A stretch of 59,235 nt of DNA, filler included, from Dirinaria sp. TL-2023a (Eukaryota), in NCBI GenBank assembly GCA_051941275.1. It is 4 parts of 4 records of this genome, joined end to end, with 100 filler letters (N's around TTAATTAATTAA, not from the genome) between each part and the next. Parts side by side here need not be neighbours in the genome. Positions count along the whole stretch, not along the records: positions 14,845 to 29,579 come from JAVEBF010000587.1; positions 29,680 to 44,409 come from JAVEBF010000588.1; 2 more parts are not named here. One strand, given 5' to 3'. The notes beneath the pieces are model-generated. The model was given only the letters and a program-made list of their open reading frames with translations, ran no database searches and was not told the DNA's origin. Positions within the stretch are counted from its first letter, which is position 1; each line of letters begins with the position of its first letter. Positions 27,060-40,228 of this stretch are shown piece after piece. The position numbers were made by a program, and so were the translations under genes.

Positions 27060-29579
27060 ATGATGGAGGCTACAAATTCTACACATGAGAGTGATGCGGT
27101 GAAGCAGTGAGCATCTGATAGCCTTCGACGTGGCAAGCGGCCAATTCAGAGATGTCTCTCTTTTCAGACTACTATCTTTTCCTTGAGAGTCCAGATTATC
27201 TTGTATCCATCCACCTGTATCAGGCGATGTTTGAACAAGAGGCTTCAGATTGACACCAGCCTGTACTTTGTTCTCTCTGTTCGAGCGCGCAGTGATTTCT
27301 AGAGATGTTCGAAGAATGCGGAGGAGGTCGGAGAAAATTGGCCGAGTAGGGCGATCGATTGCATGTCATGTTAGCACACAGTAGATAGTTAGTCTACGCA
27401 ATGACGATTTGTTTCATATGCAAAGGTCTGCGATGCACATGTACTCACCTGGATCCAGACACGGAGATGCAAATGTGCTATGACCGGACGGAGAAACAGA
27501 CTTCCAGTCCCACACAGTGTTCTTGAAGCATCGTGGTTCCGGGCCCTCTGAATGGCTACAATGCTCATGTACTGGATTTTACCTTGAGGCCTATCATCGG
27601 TAGTGGCGTGGGGCTCGGGGACGATCTACATCTGAAGCAGCACCAGTAACAGCACGGTATCCTTTCTATTCTCCTCTACTAAGGTACACAGTCTAATCCA
27701 GACCTACGATGAGATTCATAGCGACTGCCGGTGAATACTGTACAAGGATGCCATCAGTCTAGAGTTCGCCGTACTAAGGTACTACTGTGTTCAGAAGCTG
27801 CTCAAATGGCATTATTATTGCAGGGCGAGTGGCTGCTACTCCTCCTCCACCCCGCTGCACGATGACTTCGCTACAAGCACTGACCGCTATGCTTATCCTT
27901 CATCCTTGCGGAGGAGGGGAATAGTACCTAGTAACGGGAGGGATCGCTGGGTATGGCGCTGGGGGCTTGGATTCGATCAGTGGGTAACTATCAGTGGGCC
28001 AATGGAACACAGGGACTAATCGATTTCGCTCGAAGCACACTAACTCCCAGCCTCCTCCTCCAGCTCCTCCAGCGCGTTTTGCGCGGGCGCAAACCAGCTT
28101 GTGTTTGCAGGCCGTTCTAGAGGCCTTGCCCCGCTCGCCCACCAATGATGGCGCTTCCCAGTCAACGCCCCGTGCCTACTGCAATGGTTGCATGGCTGAT
28201 CTGGCGTGGAACATGGCAGATGCAGCCAGCGGCACGGCGGGCAGCCAGCCTTTTTCCTTTCGCTTTCAAAAAAAAAGAATGCGTGCAACGTGAGCTGGCT
28301 CGAGCTGACTGGCAGCTGAAGATGCAGCGTCCTGTACGGAGCATCGTCCAGCCCCGAGGCTGGATAGGATTGGGGGGACGGGGGGGGGGGAGGTTTCGAA
28401 AATCGACCAATGGCACGGATGACGCATGGATGGGCCTGATGTAGGAAGATTGCGCGGTGATACAGGAATAATAATACCTTCCGTTCCTAACGTTTGCTAA
28501 CTATACTAAGTTGGACGACGATCTCGGCTTCCGCCTTGATCTGATGTTTGGGATGGGATGGTGGTGCCGGCACCACCGAATCTTCCAGTGTCGCATCTAC
28601 GAAAGGAAGCTACCGAGGAAAACGAAAGTAGTCTTGAAAAAACAAAAATTCCCCGAGATCGGCGTAGAAGAATCATTTTAATGCGACTTCTAGTTTCTAC
28701 GTTACGGAGTAGTAAAGGTACCCCTCTCTCGGATTGCACTTTGCGCCCGGTTGCGCCGATGAATTGCTCGACGTGGTTTAATCAGGGCCCAAGTTTCCCG
28801 GGAAGCAGCATTTTTGGCGTGCTCTAGCGGACGCCGTTTGATTCCTGGTACGGATACGAAAAAAGGAGGAGAACGCGCGAGTCACGAGGGGTCTCGAGCA
28901 TCGAAATTGTCAGGCATCTGGCTCTGCCAAGCATGGAAGCTACACACCCACCGAGCATCACCGAGAGAGAAAATACATACTGTACAGGACATATGTCGGC
29001 GAGGAGCAGGGTGGGTGGCAGCCAGTGTTCCCTCCGCACGGTGCTCGGCTACTGTTCCAGAGACATTAGTAGCGAAAGCCGTGCGACAAACATGGGGACT
29101 GTATGCGGCAATCCGTCATACTCGAGCAGCGCGGTAAGCAAGCTGTCATCATGTTTGACTCAAGGGGAGAAGAGAAATCTACGTTCTTATTCAGGTGGAA
29201 GGGAACTTGCAGCAGATTTTGCAGGTATGGATTATCGCGATTATATATGAAAATCCCTTGCGTGCTGACACAGACACACACACACTAAACACACCCACAC
29301 CACTATGTACGGAGTACCTACACACACACAGGTGCATCTCACGTAAGGCAAAGCCATCTGAATCATCCGCCTTTTCGGCTGACATGCATCAAGGTGGTTC
29401 GCATCGAGATGTGGTCGGGAACGCCGACAGGAATAGAAGTGGAGGAGGATTCGTAGCAGATTGTTGCATGCATCCAGACATGAACAGCTGAGGGAGGTCA
29501 GGTTGGATGTTGTTACTTGTCAGTTTTGTTCGACGGTAGTTCTGGGCATCACGATGGCAAGCAGATGATGGATGATTAT

Positions 29580-29679
29580 NNNNNNNNNNNNNNNNNNNNN
29601 NNNNNNNNNNNNNNNNNNNNNNNTTAATTAATTAANNNNNNNNNNNNNNNNNNNNNNNNNNNNNNNNNNNNNNNNNNNN
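29580..29679. other. Artificial contig linker N44-TTAATTAATTAA-N44
   Basis: Same 100-nt structure as 14745-14844. Confidence 0.98.
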
Positions 29680-29713
29680 CCCCAAAAAAGTAAAGAGGGG
29701 GATAAATACGTAC

Positions 29714-30029
29714 CGGCGCGCCCAATAATCAAAAAGAACCAGATCGATCCGGTCAGGTTTAGGAGGAGGGGGATCGAATACGCGGGATTAAGCAACAGGT
29801 GATAGACTGTTTGTATTCCTCCCTTCACCTTCTGTTTTATTTTTGATTTTAAGGTGGTGGGACCAGAAGAAGAAGAAGAAGAAGAAGAGGAAGAGGAAGA
29901 GGTATTGGGGGAAGAAGTAGAACGCAAAGCGCCCCTTCTTATAAACGGCGTCGTGAGCCCCCACGCGGCGCCCACGAGCAGGAAGGAGAGGATGTACCGC
30001 GCTATCGAAGGCTCTGAGGTGGTGGACAT
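29714..30029 (-). CDS. TMEM234-family (EamA/DMT-like) small membrane protein, exon 1 only (rest lost at contig end)
   Basis: YILSFLLVGAAWGLTTPFIRRGA and LLNPAYSIPLLLNLTGSIWFFLIIG are TMEM234 signatures. GTACGT donor at 29713. Poly-Ser loop from a TCT/TCC microsatellite (29865-29900). Confidence 0.85.
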
Positions 30030-30131
30030 TGTAGGTGAGGATGGGATGAGATGAAAACCACTGTACCTAGTGTACAAAGAGGTGAGGTTAGGTTGGGAGA
30101 GAGGAGAGGAGGGGGAAGGATTTGCCGAGTC

Positions 30132-30140
30132 TCACGTGAC
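30132..30140. promoter_or_regulatory. GTCACGTGA Cbf1/CDEI-type E-box upstream of the TMEM234-like gene
   Basis: Perfect RTCACGTG about 100 nt upstream of the ATG, next to a T-tract. Confidence 0.5.
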
Positions 30141-30459
30141 TTTTTCTTTTCTGCTAACCGCATTCGAGAGAGTAAATACTTCGGCGATACGTACATACTT
30201 TACCATGTGTAGCGGTAGGTAGATTGATGGCCTTAGGTATGTATGCTCAAGGCACGTTCAGTATGTAATGTACCTAAAGTACTTTATCCTACATCCAAAT
30301 CTCCGTCTGCCCCTTCCAGAGAGAGAGAGACATTTATATGTCCACCGTGACTCCCCGATCCATGCACCTTCGCGGCCCCACTCTTTAATACTTCCTCCCT
30401 TCAAAAAATGCAATACCGAATATAAAGCCACTTTGTCTATAAAATAAGTAAGTGCCTGC

Positions 30460-33254
30460 CTATGAATTCCCGTATCTACTCCTCCTCGGCCGCCCCTGTC
30501 CGCCACCGACACCGATATCGATCCGTCTCATTTCCTCACTCAGTGCACTCATCCCCCAATCTTCCTGGCCCGTGCCTGCGCTTAATGGTACCTTCCCCGG
30601 TACGGGCGGCGGTACGCCTCCGGGCGAGCTCCTGGCGTAAGTGGGGCTGCTGCCACCGTAGCCATAATTTTCAGGCTCCCGTAGGGGATAATCGGATGCA
30701 TTGGATCTCGGCATGTTCATGCGGGCATTCGTGTTGATGGTCGGTACCGCCGGACTGGACGCCGGCTGCGCCATGGCCTGGCGAGATTTCTTCAGCAGAC
30801 GGCTTCGCGCTGCGGATGTAGGAGAGACAGGGTCGGAGGAGTGAGCGTAGGCGGGAGTCACCAGTGGATTGGGTCTTGGCGACGTCTCAGCGACAGTCCG
30901 GCGCGCAGAAGTGGGCATAGGCTGAGCACCTGCTGGACTACGCCTAAACCGGACGGTGATTTCAGGCTTTTTCTTAGGCGTCTTGGTCTCAGGTTCTGGC
31001 GCCCAAGTCTCCGCTGGTAGGTGGTCAGAGGGATCGATGACTCGGCCATCTGTACCTATGATTGGTCCCTCAGCCAGTTTAGCTTCACGTTCATGCTCGT
31101 AGAGCGCTTCCCTGGACTGTTCAGGGGTACTGTATTTGGGGCCTGAGGAATTGATATCGGAGGCTTCATTGAGAGTAGGATTGAATACATCATACGAGTC
31201 AGGTCCAAAGGGTACAACTGATTGTTGCCTTTCAGCAGATCCTGCTTCCGGCTGAGGGCTGACTGATTTGCGTGTCGGTCTCCGAGAATCTGGGCTCACT
31301 TCACGCCGAGGCACGACTGGAGCAGAAGCGCGATGAGGTCTTCTGGCATTGGCATCATCCACCGATCTATTCTGCACTTGGGCAACGTAGCGTGGGGATG
31401 GATGGGCACGGCTTTGAGTATTATGGACAGCGAATGCTTGATACTGCGGTGCAGGCTCCGAAGCTTGTCTCATGCTTGACTGGTTTTCGAACATTAACCT
31501 TTCAGACTCATCCTCTGCTATTCGCGGATCATATCCTGGTACAAGGCTTGGAGGCGTCGATTGGTTATAGTCTCGTACTGGAGAGGTAGAGAAGTGTTCT
31601 GGTGAACGCCGCCTATCCGGCTGGCTGTACGAACCATGTGGCGGTCGAGACGAGATCGCTTGAGGCCCCATACGTGCGGAAGGTGATTGGGAAGAGTGAT
31701 GGACGCCGTTGGGTGTGCTCGTTTGAACTTGAGACAATGGGCTTGCAGAGATACTGTTCCGCGCGTTGCGGATATTCAGGGGAGGAGGCCCAGAAATTGG
31801 AGGATAACTCTCTGCATGGCCACGCCCATGAAATTGTGGTGCAGATTGTAGACCATTACTTCGATGGGCAGGCGGAGGTGGTGGGCCGTCGCTTTCCACT
31901 GGAAGGTTTGAATTCGTACAAGCATTTCTACCGGCATCAAGTGATTGGTGGCGCGGGGCAAGCTGTTCGGAATTTTCGATGTTTGGAAGCGAGGTTCGAT
32001 GGTATTGCTGACTATTGCTCGAAGAATCCGGATACGCCCGGACATCAGGCATAGATGCATGTTGAGGAAGCGAGGTTGGCTTTGGTGGGGAAGAGCCGTA
32101 GAGATCTCGCCTGGCTGGCAGAGATTGTATGCTGGGACGATCCTCGTACCTTAATGGACTCTGATAATCGTCTACCGGATAACCGTAGTCTTGCGTTGAA
32201 GGAGATGGCATATCTCCATGGCTGTCGAATGGCCCGTTGCTGTATGGCGAATAACCTTGCACTTGATCTTCGACTGGGGCATAGTCATTTTGCCTATTAT
32301 CATTGACAAATTCATTTCCATCAATTCCGACTTCTTCAGCGTAATCCTTGTTGTTGAACGGTAGATATTCCGGCGTTTGGCCACGCATTCTCTCGTTTCC
32401 TGGAAAGGCCCGGCTATAGCCACGAAGGTTTGATGGCGAAGCGCGAGGATCAATCTGTTCATAATGATGGTTCAGTGGTGTGGTCGCATCCATCCTTGCA
32501 GCCGGGGATGGGGCTGGGGACTGTTGTTGCGAGTTTGGTAGATACTCATTGATTGGTGGAGGAGTGTACGGCTGAGGAGACGATCGGTTAGGGTCTGGCA
32601 TTGTCGGGTCCGCCGGCAATGGCCTTCTCTTGACGGGCTTTGGTTGTCGAGGCCCGTTCAGACCAACGCTGCCCTCTCTGTCCTGAACTGGAGTCCCATT
32701 CACTGTGCTGCTTTGCCGCCTCTCCTCAAGCCTTGGTTCCTTCGGTCGAGTGTCGTAATAGGTAAGCTCGATCCTGATCTCGCCTGCAAACCTTCCTTTA
32801 CAATTGAGCTGGTGCCAGAGGTCATTCTGTCCGCCGCCAGGTACGATGATCTTTTCCAATGCCACCCATGTCTCCCCAATCAACTCCGTCTTCCGGTCGT
32901 CGTTGAAGACGGATACTTTGAGCTGATAGTAGTCGGGCGAATCGTGCACAGTGAACCGCATCTCTTGGTCCCTATGGAAAATTAGTTTTCAATCAGCATG
33001 GTGCGGACCAGTGTATCAGACCATTTCGGAGTCTGGCCACCACGCCTGTCTGTATCCGTCTTTTTGGCTTCTTTTCCTAATCGTGCAGCACAGTACGGAT
33101 CTTGCTTGCCCATGGTTTTCCTGTTTGGCAGATTCTTTGCTCTGTCGGCGACGACGACCAATGTACCAATTTCAGGTCCATCGACAGTCATGTCGGCAAA
33201 AATCCCGGCGGTATGACCGCCCGGAATGGCAGCTTTGGCAGCTTTGGATGTCAT
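30460..33254 (-). CDS. INN1: C2-domain cytokinesis ingression protein (Inn1/Fic1 family); exons 33254-33022, 32971-30460 (914 aa)
   Basis: N-terminal C2 domain (IGTLVVVADRAKNLPNRKTMGKQDPYCAARLG..RGGQTPKW/DQEMRF..KGRFAGEIRIELTYYD), followed by a long Pro-rich tail with RRPLPADP, DHLPAETWAPEP and PPPVPGKVP (PxxP SH3 ligands). Confidence 0.85.
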
Positions 33255-34414
33255 GTTGTCAATGTTCCCTTTATAGTGGTGCTAGCCTTGCGTCTTGGGC
33301 GTTGAGGCCGGACCGTTGCGGGAACCAAGCTGCCTCGCACCACAATTTTTGACCAAGGCAACTCCCAGAAAGAAGGAGTTTTAAGAGGTTCGAGATGAGA
33401 AGTTGCCGTCCGTGCATTTGGCGATGCCTTAGGGCTGCGAGATGCGGTTCATGCATGCGTATTGGTGGGATCGTAAACAGAGTGGCTGGGGGGGGGGGAA
33501 GGCTGTCACCAATGCTTCCGAACTTTGCTCGCATCAACCTCCAGCTCTGTTCAGATATCGATAATGTACAGTACAGCCACGACTGTATTACCCCCACGTT
33601 GTGGATATGTGCTTCAAAATGGGATTGTCTGAATTACGTGGGAGCCTCAGCCAGTGTCTTGGGATTACCTACTCGTTGACTCGGTGATTGGCCTGTTTAC
33701 GACCGTCCTCTGATCGTCGGCAGGGATTATGGGCTTAGTTCACATTGGTCCCTTTACCGAGCCCTAAAATAGTCGGCGGACCGGGCGGAAGGAGCCTTGG
33801 CATGCAGAGATCCTATAAGTTCCATAACTCCGGAAATTGAGCAAGTGGAAGCAACGGTCACAACGTCACAGCGTAGAAAGACCGCTTCTGTGACTTCGTT
33901 GTTGCCCTGCCCTCTTAGAAGCAGCGATCTTCTCGTTAAACCCAAACGTGTCTCAAATCAATCTGACTGGGTGCGAATCATTTGCTTCGATTTCCCATGC
34001 CTGTGAAGTTATTGTAAGGTGTGCCAAGGCCGCTAGAAAGCTTGAATACACCGAGTACGCGTGTCACGACCCCTGAGGAGACCCTAAGTCGGAGTATCCA
34101 GATTCCAGACCCAGGGCAGGTATGAACGCGCGGAAACTTGAGGATTTCCGATGACGCGACCGCCGAGGATGATTACCTCATATTTCCCAGGAAAAAATCG
34201 CTTCAAGAGTCCCGGAGCAGGATCAATGACTTGGGTCGACCATTTACAGTAAGTAAGAACGATGCTCGTTTGAAGAGAGCTCATATGCTACACGGTAAGT
34301 AAAGAGCTCTAGCTCAGTTACGGGGTATCGTCAGCCAGTGGATGCTCGCGCAACAGTAAATCTTGTGCTGCACCCATGAACGCCTGTATCTTTTCCCTTC
34401 CTGCGGAGCAGATG

Positions 34415-34929
34415 TCAGCGCAATTCCCACCACCAGCCCACTCCTCTGATCCTCTGCCTCCTTCTCTGCCCGTCTTGCTGCCTTGGCTGCGCCCTCCCCA
34501 TGATCTCTTCTTCAGCTTTCTCCACAGCTCTTAAGTATTCTTTCACATCCGCTGGCAGACCTGTGTACCACGGTCTCTGACTGAACGGAATCCGCGCGAA
34601 CCCATCCGGGTCCTTTTTCGCCTCCACAAGATCACTTTTGGGCACCACTGCGGAGAGTACTGAGTTGACGAAGTAGTAGTCTCCATGTCTGACGGCAGAG
34701 GGAGAGGTATTGACGTGTGGGAAAATGAGAGTCTGGTCCAGTTGTCGGGTTAGACGTGGTTCTCATGAATGACTATGATGGGGACGGAGAGTGAAAGTAC
34801 CTGTTCGCCGCGAACTTTGGTGACTAAGCTCATCATTGCTTGTTCGATGTCAGAGAGGGAGACATCGTTGGCCAAGGTATTGGATATCAAGAACAGGAAC
34901 GTTGTCAGAAGGCAAATAGTTAGGCGCAT
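34415..34929 (-). CDS. Small putative secreted protein; exons 34929-34801, 34732-34415 (148 aa)
   Basis: Signal peptide MRLTICLLTTFLFLISNTLA. Intron 34733-34800 has a GTACTT donor, CTAAC branch point and CAG acceptor, and joins in frame to the 34415-34648 ORF containing PWYTGLPADVKEYL. C-terminus uncertain. Confidence 0.65.
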
Positions 34930-35070
34930 TGTCAGTTCCTGAGGGCGGAAAATGACTCTATCAGGCGGATAATGGTAGGAGGCGATTGCAGCAGCAATGG
35001 AGCGTGCCGAATGGGCGCCTGACGATTAAGTAGAACTATTGGAGAGCTGTGTGGTCGGATACGCTGCACG

Positions 35071-35091
35071 GTGAACGGTGAACGGTGAACG
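35071..35091. repeat. Tandem heptamer (GTGAACG)x3
   Basis: gtgaacggtgaacggtgaacg, about 140 nt upstream of the small secreted protein start. Confidence 0.75.
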
Positions 35092-36977
35092 GTTTGTGGC
35101 ATGGGAGTGATTGGAGTCGGAGAGCGATTCGTTGCCCACATGTCAATGATAAGGGCGCTGCAACTGTGACACCAGAAGCTGCAGGCCATTTTAATCTGCG
35201 GTGCGAGTACGACCGACGAGACCTTGGAAGAGCCAAGAGCGGGTTGACTTCGTAATTCGTACCCGTATCTCCAGGGCACGTGGGCCAGTCTCTTGGCTCT
35301 GGGTAGACGGACTAACTTTTGGGCTAGAGCGAAAGAAGATACTGATATGACGAAGGCCAATTAATTGCTTATTTGCAATCGAACCCGGCATGGTGCCGTG
35401 GGTGCCTTCCGGTTCATCTTCTTCTCGGGAGATACAATAGTAATACGGAGTAATGTACATCCGATGTACCCTATCACGACATCTTTGCCCGCGCTGAGGG
35501 AAGTACGAAGTACTACGGAGTACGGAGTACAGAGTGCCTGTATGTACATATGTATGTACAGTATGTGCAGAAGCTGTAGGAATTAATTGGCCCGCCTGCA
35601 AGCCTTGGTCTGATTGGCAACGATCGACACGCACAGAGCTTTTTCAACCCCGCGATCAACCTCCTCATCGCTTCTAGGGCCGGCCAAGATATTCGTCTTC
35701 ACTTTCCATATGGGGCAATTATGAACCCCCCCGAGTTCAATCATCCGACTCTCTATAACTCATCACTCATGAGTCGACAAAAGGAGAACATTCAAAAACA
35801 GAAAGAGAGAGAGAGAAAAAAAAAATAGGGAATTCCTCTTAAAGTCACGACAGGGTCAGGCCCGTTGTTCGTGCATGATCCTCGCAAGGGTCTGCATTTG
35901 GCACCATGCAGCGTTGACTGGCTTCTTCCCGCAGGAAGAGCTTTCGCAATACGGAGTAATGTCGGCGGATCATCTCCGTCAAAGAGCTCCATTATTATTT
36001 TTGAGTTGAATGCAAATAATGCATTACAGGACGGTAAGGATCAAAGGAGACTGACATAACCGCTCCCGTAGAAATAGACAACAATTACTTGTTCCTAGTC
36101 AACCCTCGAGTTCCCCATTGTTGTGCAAATTTCCAGGTCTTCCATTCTGTCTGTACATACTCTGTAGTCGCTGCAGTCAGCACGTAAATTTGGCATCAAC
36201 GGCAGCCTGGACCATGAATGCGGTCGACATTGACACCGTGAAACACTTTACGGGTGCACGTGGTGCTCTACCATGTGTGACATGCTCCCGCTTGGTAACG
36301 AGGGGGAAAGTCGGCGTACAGAGCCAATTCCACGTATCCAGAAATCATCGCTCCTGCTGCTGGAGTTCCGCAAGTCATCCTCGAGACCTGAGGTTCGACA
36401 TGTTAGCCAAAGAACGTTCAACCCCAATCAGGTCAATGAACAGCCCTTTCCAATGATTGCGGTAAGGATGATGTTCAAGATTTGGGGATGTCAATGGGCC
36501 CTTAGTGCTCTTGGACGTAATGAAAGGTTATAACAATAATAACTACATGACTGAGCGTCAGCTCTTTCCAGTCATGCTTGTACGCAGATATTGGATGAGT
36601 GTACTAAGGCCCAGAATCCATACCTAGGCTAAGCCACTCCTTTCATACATGAGAATATCGCCCAACTGGCAGTCAGTCTGCTACTCACACGTGATTACCG
36701 GTTTTGCTGCATTGTTCTGTCCTGGGACGGTCCGGAGGAGCACCTTACTTCGTCTTATTAGCTTCAGCATCCACGATCAAATTCTACTGTTACACACGTA
36801 GGCAAGCAGCTGCTCCAGAAAAGCTTGAGGATGTGAGTGAGCGCTCACATTGCTAACGTGCGAGCGGGAACGCTTCCCACTCTCGAGAACTTCCTGCAAT
36901 TTCCATACCCCCTTTGCCCCCACACTCCAACATCGAATTAGCTTGGGTACTTCACAGCGGTCCAGGTCTAGGCTGCG

Positions 36978-39900
36978 CTAATCCTCATCTTCAGATGGCA
37001 ATGCTTGCGTAGCCATCATTCCACTGGTCCACATCTCGTCGTCTTGGCTGGTGCTCAAGAATCTTCTGGTAGCTGTCATCGCTGATGATGGCTCCCTCTC
37101 CTTGTAGAGCAAGGCCGCCTCGAGACCAGCAACTTCGTCTGGTGCGCCATCCTGCTCAAGCGGTTTCCAACTGTTTGCATTTGCTTCTCTTCCCTCTGGC
37201 ATCCTTGGATCTTGCCCTTCTTCGTCATTGCTCCAGAGCTCGTTTCGCCAGCAGAATTTGAGGAAAGCGAGCCAGTGTGGATCTTGGCTCAAAACCCACG
37301 GATTTCCGAGCACAATAAGGCCTTCCTTTGCTCGTGTGAGTGCCACGTTGAATTTCTTTGGTTCGTCGACGATGCCGATGCCTCTTGAAGCATCTTCTCG
37401 TAGGAACCGAGTCCGTGTGCGCGTCGTGCAGATAATCACAACGCGGCTCTCTAGGCCCTGGAAAGCTTCCATAGGCCCGATGTTCAATTCCCATAGGCTT
37501 GCCGCACGGGCAATGTTGCGGAGCCAATGCACCTGCGCATGGAAAGGCGACATGATACAGATTTCAGACTGAGATAATGCTCCGCTGAAAGACTTCAGGA
37601 GATTTGCGGCGTATCGAATGGCTCTATTGGCCTCTCGCATATTGTACCAACCCCCGCCGACAGTACGGACGTCCTCACAATCGTCGATGCCGCCATTACA
37701 GGCAAAAAGAATGGGCCACCGTCGAATAGACCAGCCGCCCCAGGCTGACAATGATTCGACATTGCTCGCTTCTGGAATAAGACTGTTGTGATAGAACAGT
37801 GAAGATGGAACAGCAAGTATTGCTGGATGAGAACGGTAATTCCGAACGAGATCTACAAACGGTGGGCGTACAGAGGGAATATACGAGTTTCGACGATTTG
37901 CCCATTTACGAGCCTTTGGATGAGAGGCATAGATTGAACGATTAGACAAGCGCTCAAAGAGTGAGACATGCAGCGCTGTGCTCCTGTCATAAGTCCTAGG
38001 TCCAAGCTGGTGTTGATCGCCCGCCATGACGAATGCTGGATTCGGATGATATGGATGCCCCGCGTGCGGCGCAATTACTGCCAATGGTATCAGAACCTCA
38101 GGCTCTGTTGCTTGAGCAGCTTCATCGACGAGTAACGCTGTCCAATGCAGAGGGATGCTTCGTTGCAGCTCTGAGCTTGGATGCAATATTCTGAGCATAT
38201 TTGTCTGCAATGACGCAAGGTCTCTGTTGGTGACGCGAGCGTTAATAAGTACATCGGCACCTCGACAAGTCGTAATGACAATCTTGTAAGACATTAGACG
38301 AGGTAGAGGAGGCAAACTGAAGATGTTGTCCTCAATGTGGCAATAAGTCAACAACTCCTCGGGGACCTCGGCAAAGGTTCTAGAGAACTCATTGAGTCGG
38401 AATATTATCTGCGGATCAAAATAGGCGCTAAGGCGTAAAGCAAGCGTATCCGCGGCAGGGTCTGAAGGCGCACAGAGCAGGATAGATCCAACGGAGTCCT
38501 TGTCATTCATCATCTTGTCCGCAAATTGCGCCGCAGTCTCCACTACCGTCTTCGTTTTCCCAGTGCCTGGTGGCCCGTTGATGAGATAGCATAAGTCACC
38601 GTAGTTCCTTGAGTGGATTGCCGTAACAGCCTTCTATGATCATTTCAGCCAAAGTCCGCTGTAAGTATTACAGCGTTACGACGCACCATTTGTTCATAGT
38701 TCAGATCTTTGTCGAACCAATTCTCTTGAAATCTTCCTTTTGGTAGCGATGTCTGCAGCACGCCGTCTGCAACCGTTGGAAATAGCATATGGTGTAGCCA
38801 ATGCTTATGATCAATCGCTTCTGGGGTGATATTGATGGGTTGAGATGTGAGTGCCGTTGCACGATCTAAACCGTCATGATGGTTGTCATCTCGTGAGATT
38901 TTGGAATCATCAGAGGAGTGCACTGGATATGAAAGTGCAGCCTGTTCACGATGAACATCTCGAAATGGGTCCGATGTAAGCTCATGAGCTATATCAGCTA
39001 TGGTGCGTTCAAGAGCATGCACCCTGCGACGTTGAACGACAAAGCTGACATTGAAGACCAACGGAATCGGTAGCACTCCAGCTAATCGCAAGTGCAACTT
39101 CTCGTATTGCTTAATTACAGCAACCACGGTGCCTGTAATCTCGGAACCCGTAAAGCCCGGTGCTGGCTCGCCTCTCATCTGTCCGCCGGACTTCTCCCAA
39201 TACTCCATACCTAAGGGTTTTTTGGTCCAAGGATCGAGAACAAGCTGGCGCAGACTCATAATATCTCCAAAGGCCACTCTTGGAGCGCTCTCACGAAGCC
39301 CTGGCACATGTAGGCTGAAGAGATGTTGTTGAAAGTCGATTATTTCCAATTCAGCGCCAAAGATGTCGTAGGACCTTACCTCGCGTAACTGTGCTTCAAG
39401 ATCAAGCATCACGCAGTCTATGAAATGGCGCTTGTAATCCTGGGGACCAAAGTTATCACTTCGCAGAAGGCCCAAACGACTGATGGTCAGACTTTGAGTG
39501 AGGGAAAACATTGGGGGAAGGAATAGTGGAGTGGCGAACGTCAAAACATATTTTGGAAAATTGATACCCTCCACTGCCTGGCTGATAACAGATCTAGCCG
39601 GCGCGTCATTAACAAGGAGATATGACCGCGGGACAAATGCTTGAGCGAAAACATCGGGCTTCCAAGCAGATATTGCCTGCTGGTCTTTCGATGGTATCAC
39701 TGAGATAGTATTTTCTTCAGGAGAACCGAGACCCGTCCCTGATCTATGGTGAGCATTGTGTCCATTCGCATTCGCAGACGCACTGAAAGGTCGCTCGTTT
39801 ATAGCTACGACACTGCGATCATGGACGTGACCTTGAATACCTTCTGGACTGCTGCGTTGTATGTTGTCGATTGGCGCACTCAGCTGAACCCGTCTAGGAT

Positions 39901-40228
39901 TCTCTGCTGCACTACCGCTAAGAGCTTCTGTTTTCGATACAGATGCAACTCTATCGGCTCGAGGCTGTCTCTTGGAGAGGACTGTAGAATCATTGACTTT
40001 AGAGTGCTCTGGATCAGTGCTATTGTTTGAAGCCGCTGTACCATTAAGACCTTCTGCTGAAAAAGGCTTTATGATAGTCTTTCTAGGCCGCGATGGTAAC
40101 GAAGTCGTTTTTCCCTGGTCTGACGGAGGCTTGATGGTGACAGCTTTGCTACGCCGCTTCTGTATCTGAAAGAGCCTTGGGTCTAGGCCTGAAGGTTGCC
40201 AGCTCTCTCCTGGCTGATTGTGATTCAT
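36978..40228 (-). CDS. Superfamily-1B (Upf1-like) RNA helicase, MOV10/SDE3/Armitage-like; exons 40228-38687, 38633-36978 (~1065 aa)
   Basis: GPPGTGKT, ILLCAPSDPAAD, LLVDEAAQATEPE, AGDQHQLGP, SLFERL, LVRNYRSHPAIL, EAFQGLE, KFNVALTRAKE. The upstream LHVPGLRESAPRVAFGD segment matches the MOV10-type VPGL.E.RP region. Confidence 0.88.

Noticed and set aside
27100..29579. 2.5-kb gene-free region with many overlapping short ORFs, CCAAT boxes and CA/G tracts
   Set aside because: The ORFs lack coding character. Likely regulatory or UTR DNA of a gene beyond the contig end. No ncRNA signature was recognised.
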